In this document: in pieces, positions 36,917 through 45,567 of the stretch | Layout: each line of letters starts with the position of its first letter | How positions within the stretch are numbered: position 1 is the stretch's first letter | Virus record (IMG/VR): IMGVR_UViG_3300032038_000019 | Reading direction: 5' to 3' (one strand) | Source: an uncultured virus (IMG/VR IMGVR_UViG_3300032038_000019) | Taxonomy: Duplodnaviria; Heunggongvirae; Uroviricota; Caudoviricetes | DNA length: 64,000 bases | Notes under the pieces: model-generated | Told to the model about the DNA's origin: nothing | Seen by the model: only the letters and a program-made list of their open reading frames with translations | Databases searched by the model: none | Program-made: the position numbers and the translations under genes

Positions 36917-37294
36917 TTAATTTGTTTGCGATTCATTCTCTATTTTAGCCTTTTCTTCATTAGTTAACGGACCGCATCCTTTTGATAGATTAAATATTAA
37001 TGTCTTTATATCGAAAGGCGTTAATTTAGGATATTCATCAATTATATCGTTAACTATTCTATCACTTGTTGATTTATCAATCACATACTCTTTATAATGT
37101 ATGTCTTTTTTATATCCATTTTCTTTATACCAAGAATCTGTATGCGCTTCATCAGAAGGCGCAGTATTGCCACTTGAATCAACCCAATTTGCTTCTTTTA
37201 ACATTTTTTTAAAGGAAGCTTGAGGGGTTGAGTGTTTATACAACTCCTCATAGATTCTATTAAGAATCTTATCTAAAGTTTTACCTTTACTCAT
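36917..37294 (-). CDS. Hypothetical protein
   Basis: Likely start MSKGKT overlapping the upstream stop. Confidence 0.65.
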   Translation of the reverse strand: MSKGKTLDKILNRIYEELYKHSTPQASFKKMLKEANWVDSSGNTAPSDEAHTDSWYKENGYKKDIHYKEYVIDKSTSDRIVNDIIDEYPKLTPFDIKTLIFNLSKGCGPLTNEEKAKIENESQTN

Positions 37295-37754
37295 AAGATT
37301 TAGATGCTTTCTTCGCTTCCTTTTCAGCAGCTTTACGTTCTTTGATTTCTTCTTGCAACTGTTCAATTGTTAATTGGGCAGTTTCGAGGTCACTAACATA
37401 ATCAGGGTATTTCTTTGACATTCTAATAACTTCACCGAATGGGGAATTATCAATATTCAACTTATCCTTTTCACCATCATATGATAAATTAGATAAAGCG
37501 CCTTCAATGAGTCTGTCTTTCATATCATCGTCTAACCTATCAAGTAATTCTTCGTAAAGATAAAGAACAACATCAATTTGGCCATGACTAATGAAGTTAG
37601 TTGTTGCATTAGCCTTAGTAACCTTAGCAGCGACATTAGACTTAGTTAAAGAAAGAACCTTTAGCCTTATGCCAACATCATTAAGACCTGTTTCATTAAA
37701 CTTTAATTGCCCTAACTCTACCAAATCATTTGATGTTTCGAAAATTTTGCTCAT
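37287..37754 (-). CDS. Hypothetical protein
   Basis: 155 aa ORF with a promoter box upstream. Confidence 0.7.
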   Translation of the reverse strand: MSKIFETSNDLVELGQLKFNETGLNDVGIRLKVLSLTKSNVAAKVTKANATTNFISHGQIDVVLYLYEELLDRLDDDMKDRLIEGALSNLSYDGEKDKLNIDNSPFGEVIRMSKKYPDYVSDLETAQLTIEQLQEEIKERKAAEKEAKKASKSYE

Positions 37755-37869
37755 ATTTTATATAGTTTAAATGTTTAACAATGCAAATATACTTAAAAAA
37801 ATATTAAAACCAAAATTATTTTATATATTTGCATTATATTTAAAATTAAATGATATGTTATTAAGTTAG

Positions 37870-38562
37870 ATGAGTAAAAAACCTAAAAAATATTTATACC
37901 ACATTATAATAACAAGTAACGGTAAACAAATAGCTGATATATATCATTCAGCTAAAGAATCGTCAGTTTATGAAAAATTTAAAAAACTAAAATCTGAAAA
38001 TAATGAAAGCATAATTTTTCCCGTTAAATATATTAATAATAAAGGTCTAAAAGATGCTAACTATGAACTTGTAATTATTAAAAGTAAAGAAAAAAAAGAT
38101 GCAAATGAAACTAAAATACGTGATGAATATGGTCGTTACATCAATTATATTTCTTCCTCACCTGATTGGGTTATACTTGACAGAACACCATATCAAAAAG
38201 AAGAAACATTCTGGGTATATGGATTTCACCCACAACTGCAACGAAAAACATTCAAATGGATTTATGAAAACTACATAGAAAAAAATTGCAACAAATATAA
38301 TTTTAAAAATGTTGTTATATTTAAAAACAAATTGATAGTTGACATAAATGGTAGTCTTAATATGGTTCTATGCAAAAATGTTAATGACTGCATTAGATTA
38401 TATAATCAACTTGAAACTACTGCAATAAAAAATAAGGTTAAATATATTTTTTGGGGTAACGATGTTGGTAATTCACATCTTAAATCTGAATGGTATAAAA
38501 GGTTGGAAGAATGGACAGGGTGGAATAGAACTAAACTATCACGAAATTCATTAAGGCCATAA
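37870..38562 (+). CDS. Hypothetical protein
   Basis: 230 aa; + strand TATATTTGCA at ~37824. Confidence 0.75.
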   Translation: MSKKPKKYLYHIIITSNGKQIADIYHSAKESSVYEKFKKLKSENNESIIFPVKYINNKGLKDANYELVIIKSKEKKDANETKIRDEYGRYINYISSSPDWVILDRTPYQKEETFWVYGFHPQLQRKTFKWIYENYIEKNCNKYNFKNVVIFKNKLIVDINGSLNMVLCKNVNDCIRLYNQLETTAIKNKVKYIFWGNDVGNSHLKSEWYKRLEEWTGWNRTKLSRNSLRP

Positions 38563-38575
38563 AAAAAGAGGACAA

Positions 38576-38830
38576 TTACTTGCCCTCTTTTTTTTCTAAA
38601 AATTTAATAACTACATTTTTAAAATTTACTAATATTTCGCCATCAGAAGGGATATAATCTTTTCCTTCTGGGTTATTTCTATAATATAAATCTTCGTCTA
38701 TTTTATTAAGTTCTTCACTATTAACATATATGGTTAGCACACTTTTTTCAGTTATTCCATTTTCATGGAGTTTGTTATCTATCATTTCGCCCAACTCAAA
38801 AATTTCATAACTATTTAATTTTAATTCCAT
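38576..38830 (-). CDS. Hypothetical protein
   Basis: 84 aa, in operon. Confidence 0.65.
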   Translation of the reverse strand: MELKLNSYEIFELGEMIDNKLHENGITEKSVLTIYVNSEELNKIDEDLYYRNNPEGKDYIPSDGEILVNFKNVVIKFLEKKEGK

Positions 38831-38832
38831 CT

Positions 38833-39069
38833 CTAAAACGTTCTAAAAAACTTATTAACCCAAAATCTGAATGTGTATTTAATTTTTTCCTTTAATGATA
38901 ATTTAACTTTAACTTTACCACTTAAAACATCATTCATATCTTTTCCCATATCACCTAATAATTGCTTTGCTATTACTTCTTGCTGTCCTGCAATAATTCG
39001 TTCAGTCATTAGCTTTTCATTATCAAGTATTTTTTTTTCTTTATATAAAGGTAAATTATTCATCTGCAT
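38833..39069 (-). CDS. Hypothetical protein
   Basis: 78 aa, in operon. Confidence 0.6.
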   Translation of the reverse strand: MQMNNLPLYKEKKILDNEKLMTERIIAGQQEVIAKQLLGDMGKDMNDVLSGKVKVKLSLKEKIKYTFRFWVNKFFRTF

Positions 39070-39415
39070 ATTTTTCTACTGCCCTTTGAATTGTATGTAT
39101 TAGCCATACACCCCCACTTGTGAAAAAAGCGTCCAAAGGTATTATTAACCACCAAGTAACAGTGCCACCTAATAGCATATTAAATGGTGTAAACGCTAAA
39201 GTAGGCGTAAATATATAATTAACGACACTAAATGTAGCGCCAATCCAAGTTGGTAAGCACACATAACAAGAAAACAATTCGTCTAACATAGGGGTATGCT
39301 TACTCATCCAATCATGCCATTTAACAAAGATGTGCCAAGGCCCAATGGAATCTATCAAAATTGTACAAATGCCAAAACAAGTTATAATGTAAATAAATGC
39401 TGTGAAAAATTCCAT
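39056..39415 (-). CDS. DUF1360-like membrane protein
   Basis: LFSC.VC...WIG within a multi-TM protein. Confidence 0.6.
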   Translation of the reverse strand: MEFFTAFIYIITCFGICTILIDSIGPWHIFVKWHDWMSKHTPMLDELFSCYVCLPTWIGATFSVVNYIFTPTLAFTPFNMLLGGTVTWWLIIPLDAFFTSGGVWLIHTIQRAVEKYADE

Positions 39416-39416
39416 T

Positions 39417-39989
39417 TTAACTATTTTTTTCTTTTTTATACTTTTTAAATTTATCCAAAGTTGCCGAAGAAATTTTTATTTCACTATCATTTGAATCTGT
39501 TTTAGTACAAACTTCTTCTGTGACCTTTACTGTGCCTTCATCTTCATGGTTAGATTCATTTTCAGCCACTTCTTTTGCTTCAGGTTCAATTTTCTTTTTC
39601 TTCGTATACTTTCTCTTAGGCTTATTCTTTTTAACGTCCTCCATAACAAATTTAAGTGTTTTTAACTTTTCTAATGGAGTAGTTTCAAAAAGCTCCTGTA
39701 ATTCTTTGGCTCTTTCTACAAGTAATTTAGCTTTTATCTCTAAACTTTGATTGACTTCAATTGTTTCTTTAACGAAATCAAATATATCTTCCAAAGACAC
39801 ATCTTTACCATCACCATAGTAAAAATATTCATTTGCAACTTGCGAAGACGGTGCTGGTTTAATTTTACCATCGTCTGATGGAAAAACAGCCCATTTGTTA
39901 GGAAATTGGACACGTACAATAAGTGCATCATTATATGTTTCCAAAGACCTAAAATATGGCTTAATTTCATCTATTTTATTTTGTAACAC
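39417..39989 (-). CDS. Hypothetical protein
   Basis: 190 aa, GTG start. Confidence 0.7.
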   Translation of the reverse strand: MLQNKIDEIKPYFRSLETYNDALIVRVQFPNKWAVFPSDDGKIKPAPSSQVANEYFYYGDGKDVSLEDIFDFVKETIEVNQSLEIKAKLLVERAKELQELFETTPLEKLKTLKFVMEDVKKNKPKRKYTKKKKIEPEAKEVAENESNHEDEGTVKVTEEVCTKTDSNDSEIKISSATLDKFKKYKKEKNS

Positions 39990-40002
39990 TATATATAAAT
40001 CT

Positions 40003-40197
40003 TTAAAAACCTATTATTAACATTGTGATAATATAAGAAATTGATGAAGCCAACAATACTTGCCCATTTACTGTTGTTTCATATTTCCCTTCTTTTAGTA
40101 CCAAAACTTTAGAAAAGTTATAGCAATCTCTAATTAAAACAAGAATTGCAAATACAAAGGCAAAAACTTTTACGCCTAATAAAAATGTTTCTATCAT
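40003..40197 (-). CDS. Small two-TM protein
   Basis: Hydrophobic, 64 aa. Confidence 0.6.
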   Translation of the reverse strand: MIETFLLGVKVFAFVFAILVLIRDCYNFSKVLVLKEGKYETTVNGQVLLASSISYIITMLIIGF

Positions 40198-40264
40198 TAT
40201 TATATTCTTTCATAAAAAATAAAAAAAATCCCCCAATAGTAAATACCTATTGGGGGTTATTTTT

Positions 40265-40972
40265 CTATTTAGTGCCAAATATATTATATCCTATTGTAAC
40301 ACCAACGCCATACCCTAAATTTTTATTTTTTATGTCATATCCATAAAAAACACCTGGCACAATTGCTATTTTGTTAAAAATGTTCCTTTTCTTTTTCTTT
40401 TTAAAAACAGTAACATCGCTAACGTCTGCTTTGTTGTCGGTTTTAATTGTTAATTCATTTTGCCCATTGCCTTTATCTTTATTCACTACTGTTATCACGT
40501 CATGTACTTTAACATTTAATGAATACCAATTAGGTTCTTTTGTAGAATTAATTTGCAATTTATAAGTTAAACTATCATTGGGCTTGTTTTCATAAACAAA
40601 TGTCCTTGATGAATCAGCTTCTTCCGTTAAATTATATTTTTTTCCTTTACTTACTTTTTTATTTGTTTCGACCTTGCCTGTATCATATATTTTATCGTAA
40701 GCAAATTGCGACAAATAATCTATTTCTTTTTGGTATCTAGAAACGGCATCATATAATTTAGCATTTTCTACCCTAAGCCTACCAATTTCTTCTTCGTTAT
40801 ATTTAACGATTTTTACGTTAGCAGTGTCAACATACTCTATTTTATTTTTTTTTAAACAAAAGTTTGCGCATCTGTTGCTTAAAAAAAGTAATAATAGTAT
40901 GAACGAAATGAAAATAGCTACTTTAAATAAAGTCTTTTTTTTAGTACTATTATTAGTTAAATTGGCTTTCAT
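40265..40972 (-). CDS. Membrane-anchored protein, possible spanin-like lysis accessory
   Basis: N-terminal TM, short coiled coil, C-terminal beta hairpin GVFYGYD...GVGVTIGY; next to the holin-like gene. Confidence 0.45.
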   Translation of the reverse strand: MKANLTNNSTKKKTLFKVAIFISFILLLLFLSNRCANFCLKKNKIEYVDTANVKIVKYNEEEIGRLRVENAKLYDAVSRYQKEIDYLSQFAYDKIYDTGKVETNKKVSKGKKYNLTEEADSSRTFVYENKPNDSLTYKLQINSTKEPNWYSLNVKVHDVITVVNKDKGNGQNELTIKTDNKADVSDVTVFKKKKKRNIFNKIAIVPGVFYGYDIKNKNLGYGVGVTIGYNIFGTK

Positions 40973-41783
40973 TTTTATACTTCTTTTTTTGCACCCTTAA
41001 ATCAAGAAGAGGACTTATTTTATCCGACATATGTTTTAGCAATTCACCAACCTCTTTTTTGTTTTCATCCATTGGTACTGTAGTATCATAAAATAAGCAT
41101 AAAAATCCTATATCAGAGCCATCATTCCTCAAAATGACTGATGACATATATTTACCACCTATTTTATCCATCAGGTCAGCAAATCTTTTATCAATTAATC
41201 TTACTTCTTCTATACTTCCTACAAAATACGTATTTTCAGCTACATAAAAAGGTATAGTGTAATGTGTTAACGGAATATTTTGGAATCTGTCCGAAACGTA
41301 GCTAATACTTTTATCATTATCATTTACCTGTTCATAAGACATATCAGCATATCTGAAAGGCAAACGTGTAGCATTCTCTTTACCATTGTGCAACTCAAAA
41401 ATTGCTATTCTATCAGCATGTGCCGTATACATTATTTTTTTCAATTCATTATCAATTTGAGGTGTAACGACATCACGAATTTTCATATTTGCTTCATCTT
41501 CTTTTTTTGTTACAATCATTTCATCAATAATTGTATTTACAGCTTGCTGATTTTTAAATAAATTATACATAAAAAACCCAATTGTGCTGCAAAATAAAAA
41601 CAGCATAGTTGATATAAACACTTTAAATATTTTAACATAAGTAGCATTTGCAAGGCTTGATACTATCGTTTTTATATGCTTTGCAATTACATTTACCTTT
41701 GTTGTATATCCATCAGTGTTTCCATTGTTAGAAGGTACGTTAATGCTGATATTAACGTCTTTATCCATATTTTTTGCTCCCAT
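40953..41783 (-). CDS. Single-TM protein with GAF-like C-domain (T4 holin T-like)
   Basis: One TM, then ADRIAIFELHNG...MSYE...IGFL.L.Y. Confidence 0.55.
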   Translation of the reverse strand: MGAKNMDKDVNISINVPSNNGNTDGYTTKVNVIAKHIKTIVSSLANATYVKIFKVFISTMLFLFCSTIGFFMYNLFKNQQAVNTIIDEMIVTKKEDEANMKIRDVVTPQIDNELKKIMYTAHADRIAIFELHNGKENATRLPFRYADMSYEQVNDNDKSISYVSDRFQNIPLTHYTIPFYVAENTYFVGSIEEVRLIDKRFADLMDKIGGKYMSSVILRNDGSDIGFLCLFYDTTVPMDENKKEVGELLKHMSDKISPLLDLRVQKKKYKNESQFN

Positions 41784-41823
41784 TTATTTTTACAAATATC
41801 TATAACATTATTATTCAAAACAT

Positions 41824-42684
41824 TTATTTCATCAATTCCCTTGCTCTATCAATTAAATTAGAGAATTCTTTATTCTCGCTCACACGTGATTTGGCTGTTG
41901 TCGTATTAAAATAATCTTTGCTATGATAGTTGTAAAGTGATTTAATTCTATTCATTTCTTCATTAACAAGTTTCTTGTTAATCTTCTTTTCAACATCAGG
42001 CGCATCATTTGTGTGCCATTCTACCATATAAGAATTTCCTTCTGAATCGCTCATCATAAATTTATTCCCTTCTGTTTTAAATTCATCAGGTACTTTAGAA
42101 AGCATATGTCCTTCAGTTAAAAATTCAGTATGCTTGAATTTGATATTTTTAATTTTTTTAGATTCAAACATAGTATCACTTCTTTTTTCAATTTCTGATT
42201 TATTTTGAGTACTACCAGTCAAACCAGTTCCTTTTATTTTGTCTTTTTCTTTTTTAGCTTCTTTAGCATGCTTAACAAAAAATTCTGATTCATTATTAGA
42301 ATTAAATTCAGCGTTGCCAAAATTATCTTTGCTATGATTCTTTTCAGCATCTGCTGAAGTATAACCTTTTAATTGTGATTTAACTTTATCTTTAAAAAGT
42401 TGTGAAATGCCATCATACTCTAAGTCACTCATTCCCCTATTTTCCGTAGGTGTAATTGTGCCTAGTTTATTTATCTTTTTAGCACCACTTAAATTACCAT
42501 CATATGATGATGTTTCTTTTTTAATGTCATTGTAGGCTTTTCTATTAATCTCCTTGTTATCATTCTGCACACCTTTTCCATATACAGGTTTAAACTCGTT
42601 CTTGGAATTCTTATCAAACTTATTGTCTGCACTTTCCTTGATAGCTTTTCTTAATTTTCCTACATTGTAAACAATTCTTGTCAT
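41824..42684 (-). CDS. Probable internal head / scaffold-like protein
   Basis: IKES, LTE and LVNEEMNRIKSL.NY motifs. Confidence 0.55.
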   Translation of the reverse strand: MTRIVYNVGKLRKAIKESADNKFDKNSKNEFKPVYGKGVQNDNKEINRKAYNDIKKETSSYDGNLSGAKKINKLGTITPTENRGMSDLEYDGISQLFKDKVKSQLKGYTSADAEKNHSKDNFGNAEFNSNNESEFFVKHAKEAKKEKDKIKGTGLTGSTQNKSEIEKRSDTMFESKKIKNIKFKHTEFLTEGHMLSKVPDEFKTEGNKFMMSDSEGNSYMVEWHTNDAPDVEKKINKKLVNEEMNRIKSLYNYHSKDYFNTTTAKSRVSENKEFSNLIDRARELMK

Positions 42685-42704
42685 AATTAATTTGTTTATA
42701 TTAT

Positions 42705-42896
42705 TTAATTTAGGTTCAACGGGTCTTGTGTAATAAAAAGTCCACGGAGCATTTGTTCAAATCTTAATTTGGTTATTTTATGCTCGTCACTCATACTACC
42801 TTTTGAAATTTCTTTCTGTATTTCTTTATCAACTTCTTGCACCCTTTTAATAGCATTATTTTGTGCTTCTACAACATCAAATCCTTCGTAAGACAT
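42705..42896 (-). CDS. Hypothetical protein
   Basis: 63 aa, in operon. Confidence 0.55.
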   Translation of the reverse strand: MSYEGFDVVEAQNNAIKRVQEVDKEIQKEISKGSMSDEHKITKLRFEQMLRGLFITQDPLNLN

Positions 42897-42902
42897 ATTA
42901 TA

Positions 42903-43175
42903 TTATTTTTTCCTTTTATTAACTACATCAGTACCTTCATCATCAATGCTTTGCATTGTTTTCTCAGAATTACCAGCAGTCCAAAAAGTTCTTCTCATTA
43001 CAGTACTTTTATTTTCCCCACATTTTACATCGTATGATGCGTCAGAACTAATTTGTGCATTAGGCGCTCCATTAAAACTGCCACCACCCATAGCAGCAGT
43101 TGCTCCATCTTCATTTATAAATTCATTAATGGTTTCCATTAATATTTTATGTATAGTTGATTCATTAATTAACAT
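42903..43175 (-). CDS. Probable internal head protein
   Basis: INES.IHKILMETINEFINE leader. Confidence 0.55.
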   Translation of the reverse strand: MLINESTIHKILMETINEFINEDGATAAMGGGSFNGAPNAQISSDASYDVKCGENKSTVMRRTFWTAGNSEKTMQSIDDEGTDVVNKRKK

Positions 43176-43198
43176 CTTTAGCTATAGTTTTAATAGTA

Positions 43199-43549
43199 CT
43201 AATCATTTTCAAAAAAATATGAATAAAGCCTATGCATTTTTTCTTCAAAATTTTTTTTAGGTACTTTATATTCAATAAAATGTCTTGATTTTATTTTTCC
43301 ATCAGCATCATTTGGTTCATTAATAGTTTCTTTTTTTGTTAGCATATTTTTATCTAACATCCTATTAATCAACACACTCCTACTTATACCATGATTTTTA
43401 AAGAAGTCCCTTGGCTTAGCATTTATAGGGTCATTTAATAAGTCTTTCATAAAGTTTTTAACTTCAACAAAAAATTTATAAAATGTAACCTCTTCTTGAC
43501 TTTCTTTTAATATAGTTAATTTATTTTCGTTTATAATTATCTTTTTCAT
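43199..43549 (-). CDS. Probable internal head protein
   Basis: MKKIIINENKL.ILKES leader. Confidence 0.6.
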   Translation of the reverse strand: MKKIIINENKLTILKESQEEVTFYKFFVEVKNFMKDLLNDPINAKPRDFFKNHGISRSVLINRMLDKNMLTKKETINEPNDADGKIKSRHFIEYKVPKKNFEEKMHRLYSYFFEND

Positions 43550-43566
43550 TTGTCTAACTATTATTA

Positions 43567-43776
43567 TTATACTCTCGTAGCACTACTCTTCCAGAAATTA
43601 TTTCTCTGCCATAATAGTTTAAAAATTTCATTAACTACTTCGCCACTTAAATCTTTAACAGCTTTTTTAAAATCCTTTGAAGAATAAGACGATTCAAGTT
43701 TAGAATTAATCATTGATTCAACCTGTGATTTAGTTAATTCTTCATTAATTATTTGGCGTAATTTATTATCATTCAT
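43567..43776 (-). CDS. Probable internal head protein
   Basis: LRQIINEELTKS. Confidence 0.6.
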   Translation of the reverse strand: MNDNKLRQIINEELTKSQVESMINSKLESSYSSKDFKKAVKDLSGEVVNEIFKLLWQRNNFWKSSATRV

Positions 43777-43855
43777 AATATACAGTAATTTCTACCCTAT
43801 AAATATCTATTAAACGCAAAAAATCCCCTTATTTCTAAGGGGATTTATAATTTAT

Positions 43856-44455
43856 TTATTCGACAGAATCACTTCCATTTTCTTTACTTTGCCTTTCAGC
43901 TGCTTTTTCTAAATCTTTAAGTGTGTTGCCATCATTTGTTAGTCCTTGCTTCCAATTTTGAAATGCTGCCCTAATCTTTTCAATTGTTTTAGTATTTGCG
44001 TCAGTTAATTGCAAATCAGCACCAGTTATATAGCAACCATCACCTGAAGGGTCGTTAAATCTAAACTGAAACTTGATGTTTAAGCCTTTAATAATACCAT
44101 CAAGCGTTATATCATCAATATCAGGATGATAAACAAGTGCATCATCTTTAAGTTCAACATCACCAACAGTCTTTCTTAAAGATTCTTCTTGTGAATCTCT
44201 AAGATTACTAAATTGAGGGTCACTTGCTTTTACAACAAAATCTTTTTTATTACCTTCTTCTTCAGAATCAAATACACCTTCATTTAATTTTTTTTTTCTA
44301 TTAGTGTTTTCAGCTTCTTCCATTAAAATTTCAGACCTTCTTAAAAAATTATCTTTTTCAAAGTTTTCTTCATTAATTAATGGTTTAACTTTATTCATGC
44401 TATCAATACTTTCTCTTATGCGTTTAAGCATTTTTTTAGTAATATCTTCACCCAT
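43856..44455 (-). CDS. Hypothetical virion-associated protein
   Basis: IRES, LINEE, LMEE and LNE repeats in the N-terminal third. Confidence 0.65.
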   Translation of the reverse strand: MGEDITKKMLKRIRESIDSMNKVKPLINEENFEKDNFLRRSEILMEEAENTNRKKKLNEGVFDSEEEGNKKDFVVKASDPQFSNLRDSQEESLRKTVGDVELKDDALVYHPDIDDITLDGIIKGLNIKFQFRFNDPSGDGCYITGADLQLTDANTKTIEKIRAAFQNWKQGLTNDGNTLKDLEKAAERQSKENGSDSVE

Positions 44456-44456
44456 T

Positions 44457-44789
44457 TTAGTAATCCATTGTCACACCATTCCAAGTAGCTGTAAAATTCC
44501 TAATAATTTTACTTTTATTGGTTGGCTTATTTTCAGTTTTATGCTCAACGATTGGTTCTGCATTTACAGTAACTTCGTCTTTTTTATCTTCAGCTGTTTT
44601 ATTTAAATCTTCTTTAATTGATTCGTCAATTGTTTCTTTAATTTCTTCATTATCTCTTTCTTCAGCCTTAGATTCACCTAATACAGGTTCAGCAGTTGTT
44701 TCTTCTTTATTTTCAACAACTGTAGGCTCTTCTACTTTTTTAGCCACAGTTTTTTTAGCTTTCTTTGATGTTTTTTTAACTTCTACCAT
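44457..44789 (-). CDS. Low-complexity E/K-rich protein
   Basis: 110 aa; C-terminus WNGVTMDY. Confidence 0.65.
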   Translation of the reverse strand: MVEVKKTSKKAKKTVAKKVEEPTVVENKEETTAEPVLGESKAEERDNEEIKETIDESIKEDLNKTAEDKKDEVTVNAEPIVEHKTENKPTNKSKIIRNFTATWNGVTMDY

Positions 44790-44820
44790 AAAAAAAATAT
44801 TTTATTATTTATAATAAATA

Positions 44821-45546
44821 TTATGTGAACAAAAAATCAGTCCCAGTTTCCATGCATAAAACTTCAGACCTCATTCTAAATAAAACTTTTTTCTTAATTT
44901 GTCTCACTCTTTCTTTACTAATACCCAACTTAGTACCAATCTCTTCAAGATTTTGTTCTTTTTCCCCATTTAACCCATAATATTGCTCAATTATAAGCTT
45001 TTCTCTCCCATCAAGTTTAACCATTAGTTTATCAACAACAACTTTTTGATTTTTTTCAATTTCTGCATTTGTTTCATCTTCTTCATTTGAAGAAACTACG
45101 TCCATTTTAATAATCCTGTCATCTTCATCATCTGAAACTGCATTTTCTCTTATAACTGAATTTAATTCATCGTCACCTTTTTCAATACTCTTTGAAATTT
45201 GTGTCTTTTTAACTAAAGATTGCATAGACTGTTTAATCCACCATATTGCATATGATAAAAATTTAACATCATAGTCAGTGTTAAATTTATGAATAGCTTT
45301 TATCATACCAACATTACCCTCTGCAATTAAATCTTCAATGGCAACACCATTGCATCTAAAAGATTTAGCGGTTTCAAACACATACTTCAAATTAGCAGTT
45401 AAAATTTTGTGTTGAGCTTCTAAATCCCCATTTTTAGCCTTGACGAGAAGAACTTTTTCCTGTTCCTTCGTCATAGGCTGATATTTTTTAAGTTCTTTAT
45501 AATATGTTTTTACGTTTTGGTTAAAATCGTTAACATAATCGTTCAT
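44821..45546 (-). CDS. Second sigma70 factor (short, region 3 reduced)
   Basis: ANLKYV, DLIAEGN.G.IKA..KF, KFLSYAIWWI, LEEIG..LGISKERVRQI. Confidence 0.92.
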   Translation of the reverse strand: MNDYVNDFNQNVKTYYKELKKYQPMTKEQEKVLLVKAKNGDLEAQHKILTANLKYVFETAKSFRCNGVAIEDLIAEGNVGMIKAIHKFNTDYDVKFLSYAIWWIKQSMQSLVKKTQISKSIEKGDDELNSVIRENAVSDDEDDRIIKMDVVSSNEEDETNAEIEKNQKVVVDKLMVKLDGREKLIIEQYYGLNGEKEQNLEEIGTKLGISKERVRQIKKKVLFRMRSEVLCMETGTDFLFT

Positions 45547-45567
45547 CAGTTAAATACTTAGAAAAAA